The notes under the pieces are model-generated. The model saw only the letters and a program-made list of their open reading frames with translations, had not been told where the DNA came from and did no database searches. The position numbers were made by a program, and so were the translations under genes. From positions 88,102,001 to 88,166,000 of the forward strand of contig CM060731.1 in NCBI GenBank assembly GCA_030704615.1: a DNA stretch of 64,000 bases. The letters are read 5' to 3'. Positions 11,811-25,500 of the stretch are shown piece after piece. Source of the stretch: Takakia lepidozioides. Its lineage: Eukaryota; Plantae; Bryophyta. Within the stretch, counting starts at the first letter, position 1. Every line of letters begins with the position of its first letter.

Positions 11811-14418
11811 ACCTGAGAGGGAGGGAGTGCGTGCACCAGAGAAGAGACATCGTCGCAAGGTCCGAAAATTGTACTTCGGACGTAGGCCAATGCCGAAGGG
11901 GAGGAAGCAGATGCGTCTACAGGAGGAGATTGCCATCTCGCAGCATCATGCTACGCAGGCAACCCAGCCACCAGTGAGAGCTCCGTGCTATCGGGATTCG
12001 CCAGCTGATCGAGCACCGAAACCCGCCTCATTTTTCTTCTGCAATTCTTAGACTGTATGCTAGGAGACTTGACTGCAGAAGATGTTTGCATGCCTAACCG
12101 GAAAGGTGGACGTGCTAGAGGGATCGCAGGAATCTGAAGAGCCGCAGGTAGAGTCCGTGGAGCTAGCTGCAGCACGCACACCCAGCCGATCCACGAGCAC
12201 GGGTCTTCCTGCCGGTCCTAGCCCTGTGCGTTTCAAGGACGCGGCTTCCAAGGCCAAGTCTTTGCAGTTCAAAGCCCCAGAGAGCGACTCCCCTTCAAAG
12301 GTCATGGAGAATCGCCAGCAGGGGTCTAGCCCTTCTCCAGCAAAGACGAAGAAGAAGCAGCCTGTCCTTCAACTTGTTTCTGAACCGGACCAGGCCGTTT
12401 CCCCCCACCCAGGCGAATGAAGCAGATTCAATTGCAGCAGACACCTTCACCTGCAAGAATGAGGAAGCACAAGGCAATCAGGGGAGGGGCGGAGCAGTCT
12501 CCCGCAAAAACCGATTCCACGAGCTGAAGCCTAGTTCCTGCTTGATTTCCAACCTGCTGCAGCGAAGCCAATGGGATCGACCGTCGATCTGGTACCGGGA
12601 GGGTGCTGCCTCAACGTTCTCAGCAAGACCTGACCACAGTTGAGGAAGACCTGACCACTGAAGGCCCGGAGGAGGCCTCTGCAATTGCACAATTGTCCGC
12701 AAAGATTCCCCAGAGTGCAGCTCCAGTTGGGGATGCTCAAGCTGATCAGCCCCTGCCGCCACCAGCAGAAATGTCTCCGGAGGAATTCCAAAGTGCAGCG
12801 GATACAATGTTGGAGGAGACACATAGTAGCATTGGCAGAGTTCTGGGCAGCAGGGTATTCCAGCGGACTCTTCGAATCCCACTCTGTCGCATGGTCTCCC
12901 TTCCCATCGTCAGGCAGGCACTTCCCGGAGATGTGGATAAGCTCAAGTTCGCATTTCGAGAAGGGTACCGTCTAGGTTCGCCAGCCTTCTACGTTTCCCT
13001 TGAGAATGAGGATGGCGAATCTCGTGGACCCACTACGGAGGAATTGTCAACATGGGATACCCACTGGCACACTCGCAAAGACAAATTTGAGGCAACCCTG
13101 AAGGGTGATCCCGACTTCGGCCATATGTCGGGTAAAATGTTCTTTGTGTGGGATGGGAATCACCGACTTCTCGCCTGGTGGGAGTACATCAAGCAGAACC
13201 ATGCCAAGCACATTGGTTGGCATTACATGGTGGAGTGTGTCATCCTCAAGGTGAAGGCGGCAGACTCCTCCCTGCTCAAGAACCATGGCGGACCTCAACT
13301 CGTAAGATACTCATACCCTCCCAAGCACGTTTGGAATGCGGTGCCGCATTTCGGTTTCCAATCTGTTTTGTTTCCGTGCTTTCGTGGACTGAATTGGAGA
13401 GTGTGCCTTGCAGGGTCACTGAAAATGCGTACGTGCATACCCACATGGCACATATGTTGTACGGGGTGAGGAAAACTGGTCTCACTGATCCGCAGATGTT
13501 TGCGGAAATGTTGGAGCCTGAGCTCGTTCAGAAAGCCGTGGCAAAAACTGACCGGACATGGTATCGTCTCACTATGGATGGAATGGTGGAGGTGATATAC
13601 GAAGTAAGTCGTCCTCCCATTTCCCTCTGCTCATCCTTCCCCAATTTCCGGTAATCTTTCCACATGAATCGAATGTAACGCTTTGCATGTTTTTGTTGGC
13701 AGTCAAACATCAAGCTGGATTTGGCCCATGCCAAACGCTTCTTCATGGAAAGTGAGGGGCAGGTCAAAACGTTGCAGTCATTGACTGAGCACTTGAAGGA
13801 AGCCGGGGTCAAGTCCACGAAATACAAGTCAAAGCTTGTGAAGCTGGTGGCCATTGCAGATCCGGCACTTGGAAAGGACTTCATCCCCGAGATTGCAAAA
13901 CACTATTCTCGGGCCATGCAGCCGACCATGCAGTTGGAGAAACTGCATCACCTCTCAACGGCATGTGTTGAAGCGAAAGAGAAGGTGATGTTTCAATTCA
14001 CTGAAGTTCCTTCCTAGCAATAGCCACTCTTCTTCCTGCTCCTGACATTGGATCGGAAATGGCAGACACGGTGGCTGTCGATCTGGAATGCATCGGAGAG
14101 TATAAGGACAATGTGGTCTTTTCCACTCGAAGTTTCCGACCCTGCAGTGGATGTGTGGCTCAACCGCATGACTTGGTGGTTCCAGGTAATTCAAGGTACT
14201 TCCCCAGAGTTGCTTTTCTGAAATGAATTCCCTGAACTGCTACGTGACAATGTATGTGGGAATCGCAGGTAATGACGAATGCGAAGGAGCAAGTCGTAAT
14301 GCATACAAATTCGTTCGGCTTGTACGTCAAATGGGATGGAACACAGACATTGGAAGACTACGTGACACGTTTCAGATGTGCTTACAAGGACAACCTCTTC
14401 GCCAGGGAGCTACAGACA
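11809..14418 (+). pseudogene. Second, inverted, 3'-truncated copy of the ParB-like gene (matches 6307-8906)
   Basis: Near-identical reverse complement of 6307-8906. ATG 11890. DGNHRLLAWW in ORF 12603-13469. Homology stops at 14418. Confidence 0.9.
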
Positions 14419-14531
14419 GCAGATGGGAATGCCACCACCCTACGTTCCCCCCAAGAGACACAATAAACACCGAAACTGACGAAATTGTGCGGATACAATT
14501 TCAAAAGAGGGGGGGGGGGGGAGAGAATAAA

Positions 14532-15220
14532 TGATAACGGCTAAGTGTCAGTGCCACGAGGGCAGGGCAGCTGAAGCCATGAGGGTACATGGCGGGTAAT
14601 GATTTACTTTACACTACCCGGCCACGAGGCAGAAAGGGCTATGTGCTCGGCACTTAGCAGCAGCACAACACAGAACACACTAACACGAGGAGCAGTAGTG
14701 GGTAGTGTAGCAGCCGTGGGCCACAAACCACGATATCACACGGCTATGGTAGCATAGGCTTTACTAGTAGAAGGAGTAGTGAGGGGCCATGGGCCATGTA
14801 CCACTAAGGCACACGACCACGAGCCACGGCCACGACCACGGGCCACTTTTTGGCAAACCTTTTAGGTTGACTGTGAACGACTCTCTCGAGCATAGTATAA
14901 AACGACTGCACGCAACTTAGGAAGGGGGAGTGTATTAGAGTGGAATCAGAGTGATTCAATGTGTATTTATGTTATGATGTGGTGACTTTGAAATAAAGCC
15001 ATGCTTTTCCCAAGTACTTATGCGTAGAGTGATTATGAGATGGAGAATGTGTATTATGAGAGAACGTGAGATGGAGAGAATGTGCATCATCTTTGAATGG
15101 ATCTTCTCTGCGATGGCATAAAGTTCTGAATGTTTAGATCGGACTTAGTCAAGCTGTAAGCAATGTCCTGCGGGCATCAGGGCCCTACTCCAATGTTAAC
15201 GGTGTCTCGATAGGATTACA
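14532..15220 (+). mobile_element. Possible LTR of an unrelated retrotransposon
   Basis: Purine tract AAAAGAGGGGGGGGGGGGGAGAG precedes TG at 14532. Internal TATAAA near 14897. Ends GGATTACA at 15220. No partner LTR in the window. Confidence 0.3.
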
Positions 15221-16239
15221 ACATAGCTAGAAGCAGCAGAAAGGAATAGTAACCTCTAACAGTCGGAAGAGTGCATCATGGACACCGTCCTCCTAATGGC
15301 CGTGAGGCTGTTGATGGTGGTAATTCGGTGTTGTTCACACAAATTGCATTCTGCTTCCACACAAAAACACTACACAAATCATTTCTCAACCATAGCAACC
15401 ATCATCAGACTAACTTGTGCTTGTAGAGAAAGTCTCCAAAGAGAAGAGAAGAGGGAAGGGGGGACTGTACCTCCAAGACTCTGCTTAACCTCACCTTGAA
15501 GCCATCACCCATAACTCCAGTTTGTAACACTCATCACTGCAGGAAGATAAAAGCAAAAGCAGAGATGGAGACTTTGTCAAAAATTGACCTATAGTGAAAA
15601 AGAGTTTGAGGGGCTCATCAGAGACCTCCGACAAAGGAGAGGAAACTGCTACAGCTGGCTCATACGAGTGTTCTACTGGCCATTAACGATTGCTCAGTAA
15701 TCGTACTGCAGACATACCGTCGGACAGCCTCTGTCAAGTGTCTTTGGGAAATGGATTATGTTGTTAGAGGTCTATTTTGTCTAAGTCATGAACCAGCGGT
15801 TAACACTCCCGCTACGAGCTTGTTGGGTCTTCTTCCGGCAGATCCTCCCCTCCCAATAGGGCCCACCCCCAAAAGGGGTGCCCAATAGCCGTGAGGAAAA
15901 TTGACTCTTAGTTACGCCGGTCTCGGCCGGAGTCTTCTCTCCTCCTCTCCCTCCGGCATCAAATGGAGGGTTAGATTTCTTGTCTAACAAGCCCACCACA
16001 TTTTTATTTTTATTTAAAAAAAATAAAAAAAATGCTACTGCTTGTCAAGCCAAGGGAGCAGGGGGAAGGAGATGGAGGGAGAGAGCAACAGCAGCAAGAG
16101 CTGCTGGTCTCAGCACCTCCACCTTGTTTTTTCCTGGCCTCCCTCCCTCGCTCGCCTATCAGGTAAGCAACTCCTTCCCTCCCTCCTTCTCTCTGTTGTG
16201 TTTGAAGTGAGTGACGAAGCAACAAAAAGAAACAAACGG

Positions 16240-17445
16240 TGTCGCGGCCCTTTGCCTTGAGGGCAGGGGGTCAGGACACAAGAGGGGTTGCTCTTGTGGT
16301 GGGGGCAGCGGCAGCAAGTAGGAATGGGGGCTGAAGCACCCTTGAGGGCCGAAGGTGCTCAAGGGGGCGGAGGTGCTCACTACCTGTAGAGCCCCGCAAA
16401 TAGGGTTGCGGTGGGGGGGCTCCACGTGGGGTGGTGGTAGCTTAGGGGGTCGTAGTGGGGGTGGCATAGGACTCACCACGGGGCTGAGGCCTTTTGGTGG
16501 GAGTCGTGGGGAGTCTTGGGGCTCACCACGGTCCATTGGGGCCATGGTGGGTGGGCCAAGACTCATCGCGACTCATCACAAGGAATCGAGGGTCTAGGTG
16601 CATAAAAGGACTTGGTTGTTGGTGAGACCCCCGTTGACACCTACATAAGTATATATAGGGAGTAATAACCCCGAGAACGGTGCAATCCCGTTAAGTGACC
16701 AAAAGCTAGTAAGTAAGCAAGCGAGCCGGAAAGCGAGCAAAGTGTGGGGAGCTATTACGGACTACCAACTACCAAAGGGAATTTCCACTGGGCCTGATTG
16801 TTAGAGGGTCTCGTGGGGGAGCACGGGGGATCGGTATGTCCCGGTGAGCAGCCGAAGCTCCGAGTTGGCCCGGCGGCCAGTTAGGCGCGCATCAAAGCGA
16901 GTAACTATGACTTGAAGGGGATTTTACCGAAATGAGGTGCGCGACACGTGGTATCAGAGCCTAGAGTTTAGTACGCGATCGTCCTTGAGATCGGCCTCAC
17001 CATGGGATTGGGCAAGGCCAAGTATTTGCCGAATAGAAGCAACGGATGGCGAAAGCTCCAGTTTTAAAAATCCCAGAGTTCGACCGTTCGTTTGAGATGA
17101 ACACACGGACGCATCGGACTTTGCAATTGGGGGTGTTCTCATGCAAGATGGGTGTCAAGTGGCTTATGAAAGTAAGAAACTGAACGAGGTGGAAATGCGG
17201 TGGCCTACGCACGAGAAGGAAATGGAGGTGGTGGTGCACTATCTTGAGCTTTGGTGCCACTATGTTGGTTCCAACCCGGTGAAGGTGTTCACCGACAATG
17301 TCGCGGTGAAGTATTTTGCCACGCAACCTAAGTTGTCCCCAAAACAAACTAGGTGACAAGACACTTTGGCATTGTTTGACGTGGATTTCCAGTACAAGCC
17401 GGGACGGGACAACGTGGTGGCCGATGCAGTGAGTAGGAAGCACAA
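16240..17445 (+). mobile_element. Ty3 chromovirus copy C: 5' LTR 16240-16946, PBS 16949-16960, large internal deletion, RNase H fragment
   Basis: TGTCGCGGCCC...GGTGCGCGACA, then TGGTATCAGAGC. Followed by HTDASDFAIGGVLMQDG...VAYESKKL...HEKEM (17141-17356), homologous to 40250-40600. Confidence 0.88.
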
Positions 17446-20400
17446 GAGGGACACAAGAGAGACTCCTCCCTTCTAGCGCCTTAGCTTGCTTGTTTGTCAA
17501 CCAAATGAAACTCCACTTGACTTTACACCACCATGGATATAACAACCACTTCTTAGCTCCTCTTAAACTACTCAATGCTCTTCAAGCTGTCGTTGTTGTC
17601 ATCCTTCTATGGTGTTTCCAACCCAAGCATGTGCCGCTCTTTGGCTTCTTTTTCACACCATGAACAACTATAGGTTGCTCTTGACACCCTAGTGTCTATC
17701 TTCTCTACACACAAGACACTCCTCTTGTGATGTAATAGTTCTTTTCCAAGCTCTCAAACCCTTAGTGCACATACAAGCACTCTCATTGCAAAAACATGCA
17801 AGTTTTGTGATACAAGAGCTCCATCCTTGAGCTCTCCACCTCTTAATAAAAGCAAAGCAATGTTCTTCAAACCCTAATATCAATGTTCTCCACACCACAA
17901 GGATTTCCCTTTGCAATACCTACAACACCTTGCAACACAAGAGCTATTTTTCCAAACTCTCTTCTCAGGCTTTCAAGCTCTTCAACACAAGTGCACAACT
18001 AATCCTTACACTCTGCACTCACAAGCACAAGGAGATCTTCTTGTAGTGATAATAGATGATAAATGAGAGAAGTGGAAGACAATGAAAACACTCCGAGCAT
18101 GAAGGCAATCACACTAAGAGCAAACCCTAGTCCTTCCAAGTGAACATCCACTCTATCACAGAAAGTAAGTCAAGCCAAGGGCACCTTTGCTAAATGAATC
18201 CACCCTACAAAGCCCTCACCACACTCCCTCTCAATACCTAGAGCTATGGAGGCTCACAAGAAGATGAGCCTCCTCAACCCTCACAAGGAGAAAACCTATC
18301 CCCATGTCCCAAGTGAGGCTTGACACCTCACTTGGCATATGAGACCAAATGAAGTTCCAACACACAAACTACAAATACAAATATCCAAAATGTCATAATT
18401 AACTATAAGTAGGTAATTTTAGTTAACCATGACTAAAACCGTGACACACTTAAATACTAAACTTGTCAATATTGACACTTTGACTTGAATTATAATATCA
18501 AACATGTTGCAAATACAATTATATCTCAAGTGTATCATGGACCCCCATTGACAATTAAATTGACTACAACTAATATGTCATCAAATTTGTATAATGATAA
18601 TTTCTTAAAAATCTCGCTACAATTTTTTTGAAGCCCTTCGACTTTGTTTCTAAGTTAAATGATCAAATGTAATTAAGTATAATTATTGTTTCAATAGAAT
18701 TTATTTATTAATTCAATATAGTCCAATTTTGTCGCCAAAAGTCCAAATTTGTGTTTAGTGGTCATTTTAATACCCATATGATGGTGGGACATCCTTGAAC
18801 CCATTACTACCTACACGATATTGCCTCATGGAGACTTTTGCTTTTAATTAGAATATATCTTTCTACTGGACGATGGATAACAAATTACAAACCGTATTCT
18901 AAGCACTTATTTTTATTTGATCCTGTTGTGTCGTGCCCAAATAACACAATATCTAACCCAAGATAAAACCTTCCCTTGGATGTACAATATGTGTGAACAT
19001 AAGGATGAAAGAAAAATGGATGGAACTTAATTAGGTGACATACACTTGTACATAATTCTATGAGTTTTTTTTAATTATGGATGGAAGTGGACGAGTCGCT
19101 ATTTCACAAGGGAGTTCCGCCCTCTTAAGAATAAAATGGGAGGAGAAATTATGTCATTTGTTTTTTTTTTTAAATTCTAAGTTTAACCCTTAACTTCCTA
19201 CATGGTTCATTTATTGACACCTAAAATCTACTACCCATGCCCAGTAAAATGAGACTAACTACCTATCAAAAATCATCCAGAAAAATGAACCTTACACGTA
19301 GGTGCGCACCTGGCACCTGTATTCACTCACCAAAAATGAACTTGTTTCACCGTGAAACGTGGGAGTTTAGAGAGGATGAATTTTTTGTTTCTGTTTTTGA
19401 AACCATTATTTTTTAACCTTGACCAACTAATTTGAGAGGTTTTTAGATTTTTGTGGAGTGTTTAATCCTCACATTCCTAATCTGTGGTAGGAATGACATG
19501 AGGGGCAAATGTCAGGTTTATCATGGGGTGCTTTGTATGTGTTTCTGGGGGGCTTCAAACTACCTTCATTCAAAGATTTAGAATTTGGGATTTGGCCTCC
19601 ACAAGATGCTATGAAATATTGCTCAAATTCCAAATCCCTTTGGTGAGGGAGTGACTCTTTTCACACCTACACCCTGGTCCAAATTATGCCCACATCCAAT
19701 GGTAGAAATTGTAAAACTTGACCCCCGGCTGGCCTGAAGTTCTGTCCAATCAGAGATGGCCACGTAGCAGTCAACTGTGCGTGGCCCCCCTCCATGCAAG
19801 AGCACATCTGACCCTGCGGTTTTTGGAAATTTCTGGACGTGGCAGAATTTCTCCAAATGGCATGCTGCCAATTGGAGACGACCAGCCATGTCGTCAGATC
19901 ATTTATTGCTGAAGAAACAACCTAAAATATGAAGATCTGCAAAAGTTACGTTAATATATCATGTTCTATGAAACCTGAAACGGGTTCCATAGGAAGTTAA
20001 GGGTTAAGATGGATTTGGATAATAAGTTGTAAAATTGATCAACCAGCTATTGGGATTTTTAGGTCAGATGCACACATAAAGATGAATGGAATGATGTATC
20101 AAACAATTTTTTCATACTTCATTTATTTTGTGATTGTGGGCTTCAAAAGTGGAGTCACATACATTGCCATATGTATGATATATCTATGATTACCACATGC
20201 TTCAGATGAATTGCAATTATCCTATTCCCAAGAGTCAAATATGGATACCAAAGGCCAAACAACCTGCTCTCCTGGTCATTTTGGGAAGTTGGAAGACGGT
20301 TATATGTAGAGGAGTTGGCGACCCTCACTTTCTCTCCTTTATTATTTTCTCATTGCTTTATCTTATTTTCATATATTGATACATGGGCTACCCAACACTA

Positions 20401-21365
20401 GGAGATGTGGTAGTAGGACTAGTTTGTCGCCATCATGATGAATCTTTGGTTGGTAGATTGGAAAAATACAAAAACTCATATTTAGTCATGTGGTTATAGT
20501 TATAGATACAAACGATCCACTATAAGTTATACCAATCATTTTTTTAATCGACTGATATTTGCTATTTTAATCATGTATTGTTATTTCACAATGAAACAAT
20601 GGTAGAAAAATTTGCTGATTGAGTACTAAGTACATTAAAAAAAAATCTATGAAGGGTACTCTTAGACTTTTGTAATGGTGCAAACCACAAAATGTTATTG
20701 CAAAATCTAAACTGCACTTGTATAGTTTTGAAGCCTTGGAACCACCCACATGTACGTCAACATGAAGATGCAACAATGCAACTCACCTACATCAAAAAGC
20801 ATACCAAATGATAGGTTCCTATTAAGTTTTGTGAGAGCAAAAGATTGGGGAAGTGAATGGTGATAGGACTTTACACTGTTGCAGCAACACGTGGATAAAG
20901 GACGTTAGAGTGGATTGATTCGTACTGTTGACAAGGTATTTCTTTCAATAACATGTATATAAGTCTACAAGAACTACTGCACCATACTTAGAATGTCGGA
21001 TAACTTAATGGTGAAGGATTTATACTCTTTTAAATTCTCGTTTAGACATCCATGCTTTATATCTATTTGGTGTAATCTGATCTGATTCTATGTGGTTTTC
21101 AAAGCAGTGTCATGTAGCTTCACAACAACCATGGTTATACATTATGGATTAAAATTCCAATATAAATTTGCATAATTTTATGTGGTACTGGAAGCACTCC
21201 ATATGTTATCAACACACAAATAGACCTAGTTGATCATATATTGATTAAACCACGTTTATTTGTCTCAATTTTATTAATGGAATATATCATATATTTATTA
21301 AAGGACTTACAATTATCCTCATATATAGCTGCAATGAATCACTTAGCAATCTCTTGTCCAGGTAG

Positions 21366-21893
21366 ATGCATCCATACCGTCGCCTACGCATGGCGATGGT
21401 GTCGGCGCCCGGTACCTCTGCTTGTGCTGCATGCCGAGTGTTACGTCGCAAGTGCACCGCCCAATGTCTGTTTGCTCCGTATTTCCCACCAGACCAGCCC
21501 CAAAAGTTTGCTCATGTGCACAAGGTGTTCGGTGTGGCCAACGTCACAAAGATGCTCCATGAGTTGCCCCCCCCTCACCGCGAAGACTGTGTAAATTCGC
21601 TAGCTTATGAGGCTGATGCACGTGTACAAGACCCTGTCTATGGTTGTGTGGGCGCAATTTCTGTTCTACAGCAACAAGTTGCGCACCTACAGGCCCAGTT
21701 AGCATTGGCAACATCAGAAATAGCACGACTACGTGAGACATTTGCCATCGCCGCCGCCGCTTCCACATCAACTAGTAACGGTACTTCTGGAGCCATATTC
21801 ATGGCTGCTTTACAACCCTGCTCCCCCTCTCAAGCCGACACTCCAGATCTTCGGACTCCCCAACTTGCCTCTGCAACATTAAGGCCAGCTTAA
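21366..21893 (+). CDS. LBD: Class I LOB-domain (LBD/AS2-like) transcription factor; true start may be ATG 21390/21396 or an upstream exon
   Basis: CX2CX6CX3C (CAACRVLRRKCTAQC), FAPYFP, FAHVHKVFGVANVTKML, SLAYEADARVQDPVYGCVGAI, zipper LQQQVAHLQAQLALATSEI. Intact ORF in AT-rich non-TE DNA. Confidence 0.95.
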   Translation: MHPYRRLRMAMVSAPGTSACAACRVLRRKCTAQCLFAPYFPPDQPQKFAHVHKVFGVANVTKMLHELPPPHREDCVNSLAYEADARVQDPVYGCVGAISVLQQQVAHLQAQLALATSEIARLRETFAIAAAASTSTSNGTSGAIFMAALQPCSPSQADTPDLRTPQLASATLRPA

Positions 21894-21992
21894 GTAAGAC
21901 CTTTTTTTTTATATACTCCTCAATCAAATCCATTCTTCTCTCTTTTCTTTTTAAGCTTACTATATATGAGCACAACAAAGAATTTTGATTGC

Positions 21993-22582
21993 TACGCCTT
22001 GATATATGGGCTGATATTGAGCGTTAGGATATGAGACCTTAGGGCAATAGGTACAATCCAGTGTTGTACTGGTGTCAGTTTTAGGACATACCAGACTGGT
22101 CCTGGTACCAGACGTATCGCAAAATTTTCATACCAGTCTGGTCTATATAATAATAGATGTATCTTTTTCCAGATACTGGTATGAGTATGAGTATCCTGAC
22201 CACAATACCAGCTGGTATGAGATATCAATTCTGGTATCATTCCAAAGCCATCATTGAATAACAAGTTCATCAAATAGCAAGTATCAAGTGAAAACAAATA
22301 GAATACAATAAGGAAATAAATATACATAAGTACAAATATGTAGGCATATGTACACATAAATTAGTATAGTATACATACCAGACTAAATGAGGAAGACGCT
22401 GGGGGAGTACTGGTATTGTGGCTGGTATGAAAAAATTGAAACCAACCTAGTCCTGGTATATGATCAAGTATTCTCCCAAATTATCCCAGACTGGTATGGT
22501 ATCTAATACCAGTGCATATACCTGTGCACATACCAGGCAATACCCTATATACCGGTACAACACTGGTACAATCAAGGCCGTA
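21993..22582. mobile_element. Possible MITE-like insertion rich in ATACCAG/CTGGTAT motifs
   Basis: Imperfect inverted ends TACGCCTTGAT / ATCAAGGCCGTA. Many ATACCAG motifs in both orientations. Confidence 0.35.
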
Positions 22583-23614
22583 ATATATGGTTTGCAAATT
22601 GGACAAACATGAAGATTTATATAGTCCAATGATCAAATCTAAGATGCTAATTGTACGGTTGAGTCTAAATCATCAACTTTCTACAAATATTGAGAGCTAT
22701 TACTTCATATTTCCGTGTAACGAGATTTGATTTGATTTAATAATGACATTTCGATGAGAGCCATATATTCTTTGAACTATATTCTTTCAACTATCATTGT
22801 CACTTGGGAGGATAAATTCAAGAGAATAAAACCTACAATGTAAGTAAAGTTGCAATAGGTGAAAACTATCTTTTATATATTCCTTAATAATATCCTTCAT
22901 CCATCTAATCAGGCTCGACACTAGGAAAATAGATGGTGGCGGAGGAGCTAAAAAAAACTGCCAAGTCCCAACCCTCTACTAATGCACCCAGTCCTTCTAG
23001 CAACTTTCTCGGTTCTTTTAATTTTTTGCACTTTGCGTCACTCTAGTGGTTTGAGGCTCAAATCCCGCTACCAGGCTTGTCATGTATGTTAACTTGCTCA
23101 TTTATTTTTGAACATGTTGAAGGGATAAGATGCGGTCTCTTAATCTTTTGTGTTTTGACATCTGTATGTTGTACACACAATTGTTTTGGTTGATCTCAAA
23201 TGGAGAGCGCACTTGCCTTTTAAAAATTAGAAGAGAGAGAGAAGACTCCGGCCGCAACCGGCGTAACTAAGAGCCACTTCACCTTGCGGCTACTGCCCCC
23301 TTTCCGGGTTGGGCCCTATTTAAAAATTACGCCATTTAAGAATGTGTGAACAAGGGCCGAGTTTGAACACCACGGAAGGGCTGAGTCAGCTGCCCTTCAC
23401 CACAATGGGTTTATTTTATTTTATTTTTGAAAATAGCACGAGTGGCTACTGAGTTTTGCAAGAAATAGCCATATATTCTGTTCATCCATTGAAATTTGGA
23501 TAGAATCATCCTCATCTATACTTTCATCCATTGATATCATCCATATTTGGCAAATTCATCCATAATTTATTTTTAATTTGGAGAAGTTTACTAAAAAATG
23601 AATTCGACCTCGTT

Positions 23615-25500
23615 GCGCGTGCCAAATTTGGGAGCGATCAAAATTCATTTGGACCCAAAACCACAGTTTCTTCCCTGTTTTGCACTCCAAACTTGATTTG
23701 TGTTCTACTTCATGCACTCTTCATAGAGAGTTCTGCAATAGTGAGCGAAAGAGAACACTTTTTTTTGGGGGCATTTTTGATTGGTCCAAATTTTGGCGGG
23801 GGAGTAGCCGTGGGATGCTGGAAGCCGCAGAACAAAATTGAGCCAAAAACAAAATCGATACGTGCCAAAAACCCCCACTGAAAGGCAGTGCAAACCTATT
23901 TATTGGCTTAAATAATTTTCAATTCGATTAAAAATTGTGGAATGGCTTGAGGGGGAGCACGTCGATGGGGAGGCAAATGATTTATTCGTCTGTTGTGTCT
24001 CCGCACATGTGTCGCACACATGTTCAAGCACATGCGGGCAAAAGAGGGGCTTCAACCACATCCGTCCTAGCCGTGCACGCATTGCAGGATTTCTTTTTCG
24101 CATTGAACAAAAACCAGATGACAAATGAACGCCTCATTGGACAATTGAACGATTTTTGATTGATCTCGTATTACATTGGAACGTATCAGATGGTACATTG
24201 AAACACACTGGCCAAGTTTCAAAGCGAACGAAAATCATTTGGATGGGCAACCATCCGTTGGCCCATTCAACGAATTTCGATTGATCTCATATTACTCTGG
24301 GCCTCTTACATGGCACATTGAACATAGTGGCCAAGTCTCAAAGCGAACCAAAATCATTTCGATGGCCAACCATCCGTTGAGCCATCGAATGAATTTCGAT
24401 TGATCTCATATTAGTCCGGGACCTGTGAGAAGGTGTCTCCAACGTGTTGGCAAAGTTTGGAAGCTAACAAAAATGATTTGGATGGGCAACCATCCGTTCA
24501 CCCGTTGAATGTATTCTATTAGAGCTGCTATTGCTTTGGGACCTGTTGGACTGTGTTTCGCGTGCTCACGATTTGTTTTTCATTCCGTTTTTAAATGGGG
24601 CGTGTAATGTAGCCATATGCAACGTGCGTGCCAAATTTGGGAGCGATCTAAATTCATTTGGACCCAAAACCACAGTTTCTTCCCTGTTTTGCACTCCAAA
24701 CTTGATTTGTGTTTTACTTCATGCTTTCTTCACAGAGAGTTCTGCAATAATGAGCGAAAAAAAAAACACTTTTTTGGGGGGCATTTTTTATTGGTCCAAA
24801 TTTTGGAGGGGAAGTAGCCGTGGGATGCTGGAAGCCGCAAAACAAAATTGAGCCAAAAACAAAATCGATACGTGCCAAAAACCCCCACTGAAAAGCAGTG
24901 CAAACCTATTTATTGGCTTAAAATAATTTTCAATTCGATTAAATTGTGGAATGGCTCGAGGGGGGAGCACGTCGATGGGGAGGCAAATGATTTATTCGTC
25001 TGTTGTGTCTCCGCACATGTGTCGCACACATGTTCAAGCACATGCGGGCAAAAGAGGGGCTTCAACCACATCCGTTCAATGGGTGCAATAGCCGTGCACG
25101 CATTGCAAGATTTTTTTTTCGCATTGAACAAAAACCAGATGACAAGTGAACGCCTCATTGGACAATCGAACGATTTTCGATTGATCCCGTATTACACTGG
25201 GACATATCTGATGGTACATTGAAACACACTGGCCAAGTTTCAAAGCGAACGAAAATCATTTGGATGGGCAACCATCCGTTGGCCCATTCAACGAGTTTCG
25301 ATTGATCTCATATTACTTTGGGGCCTCTTACATGGCACATTGAACATAGTGGCCAAGTCTCAAAGCGAACCAAAATCATTTCGATTGATCTGATATTAGT
25401 CCGGGACCTGATACATGGTATGTTGAACATAGTGGCAAAGATTGAAAGCAAACGAAAATCATTGGGATGGGCAACCATTCAATCACCCATTGAATGAATG
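23615..25500. repeat. Direct tandem duplication of a ~1.01-kb unit containing ~117-bp subrepeats
   Basis: GCGTGCCAAATTTGGGAGCGATC starts units at about 23616 and 24626. Subrepeats TTGATCTC...GATGGGCAACCATCCGTT. Confidence 0.9.

Noticed and set aside
17446-18400. Additional retroelement remnant
   Set aside because: Composition is suggestive, but I could not identify termini or coding motifs.
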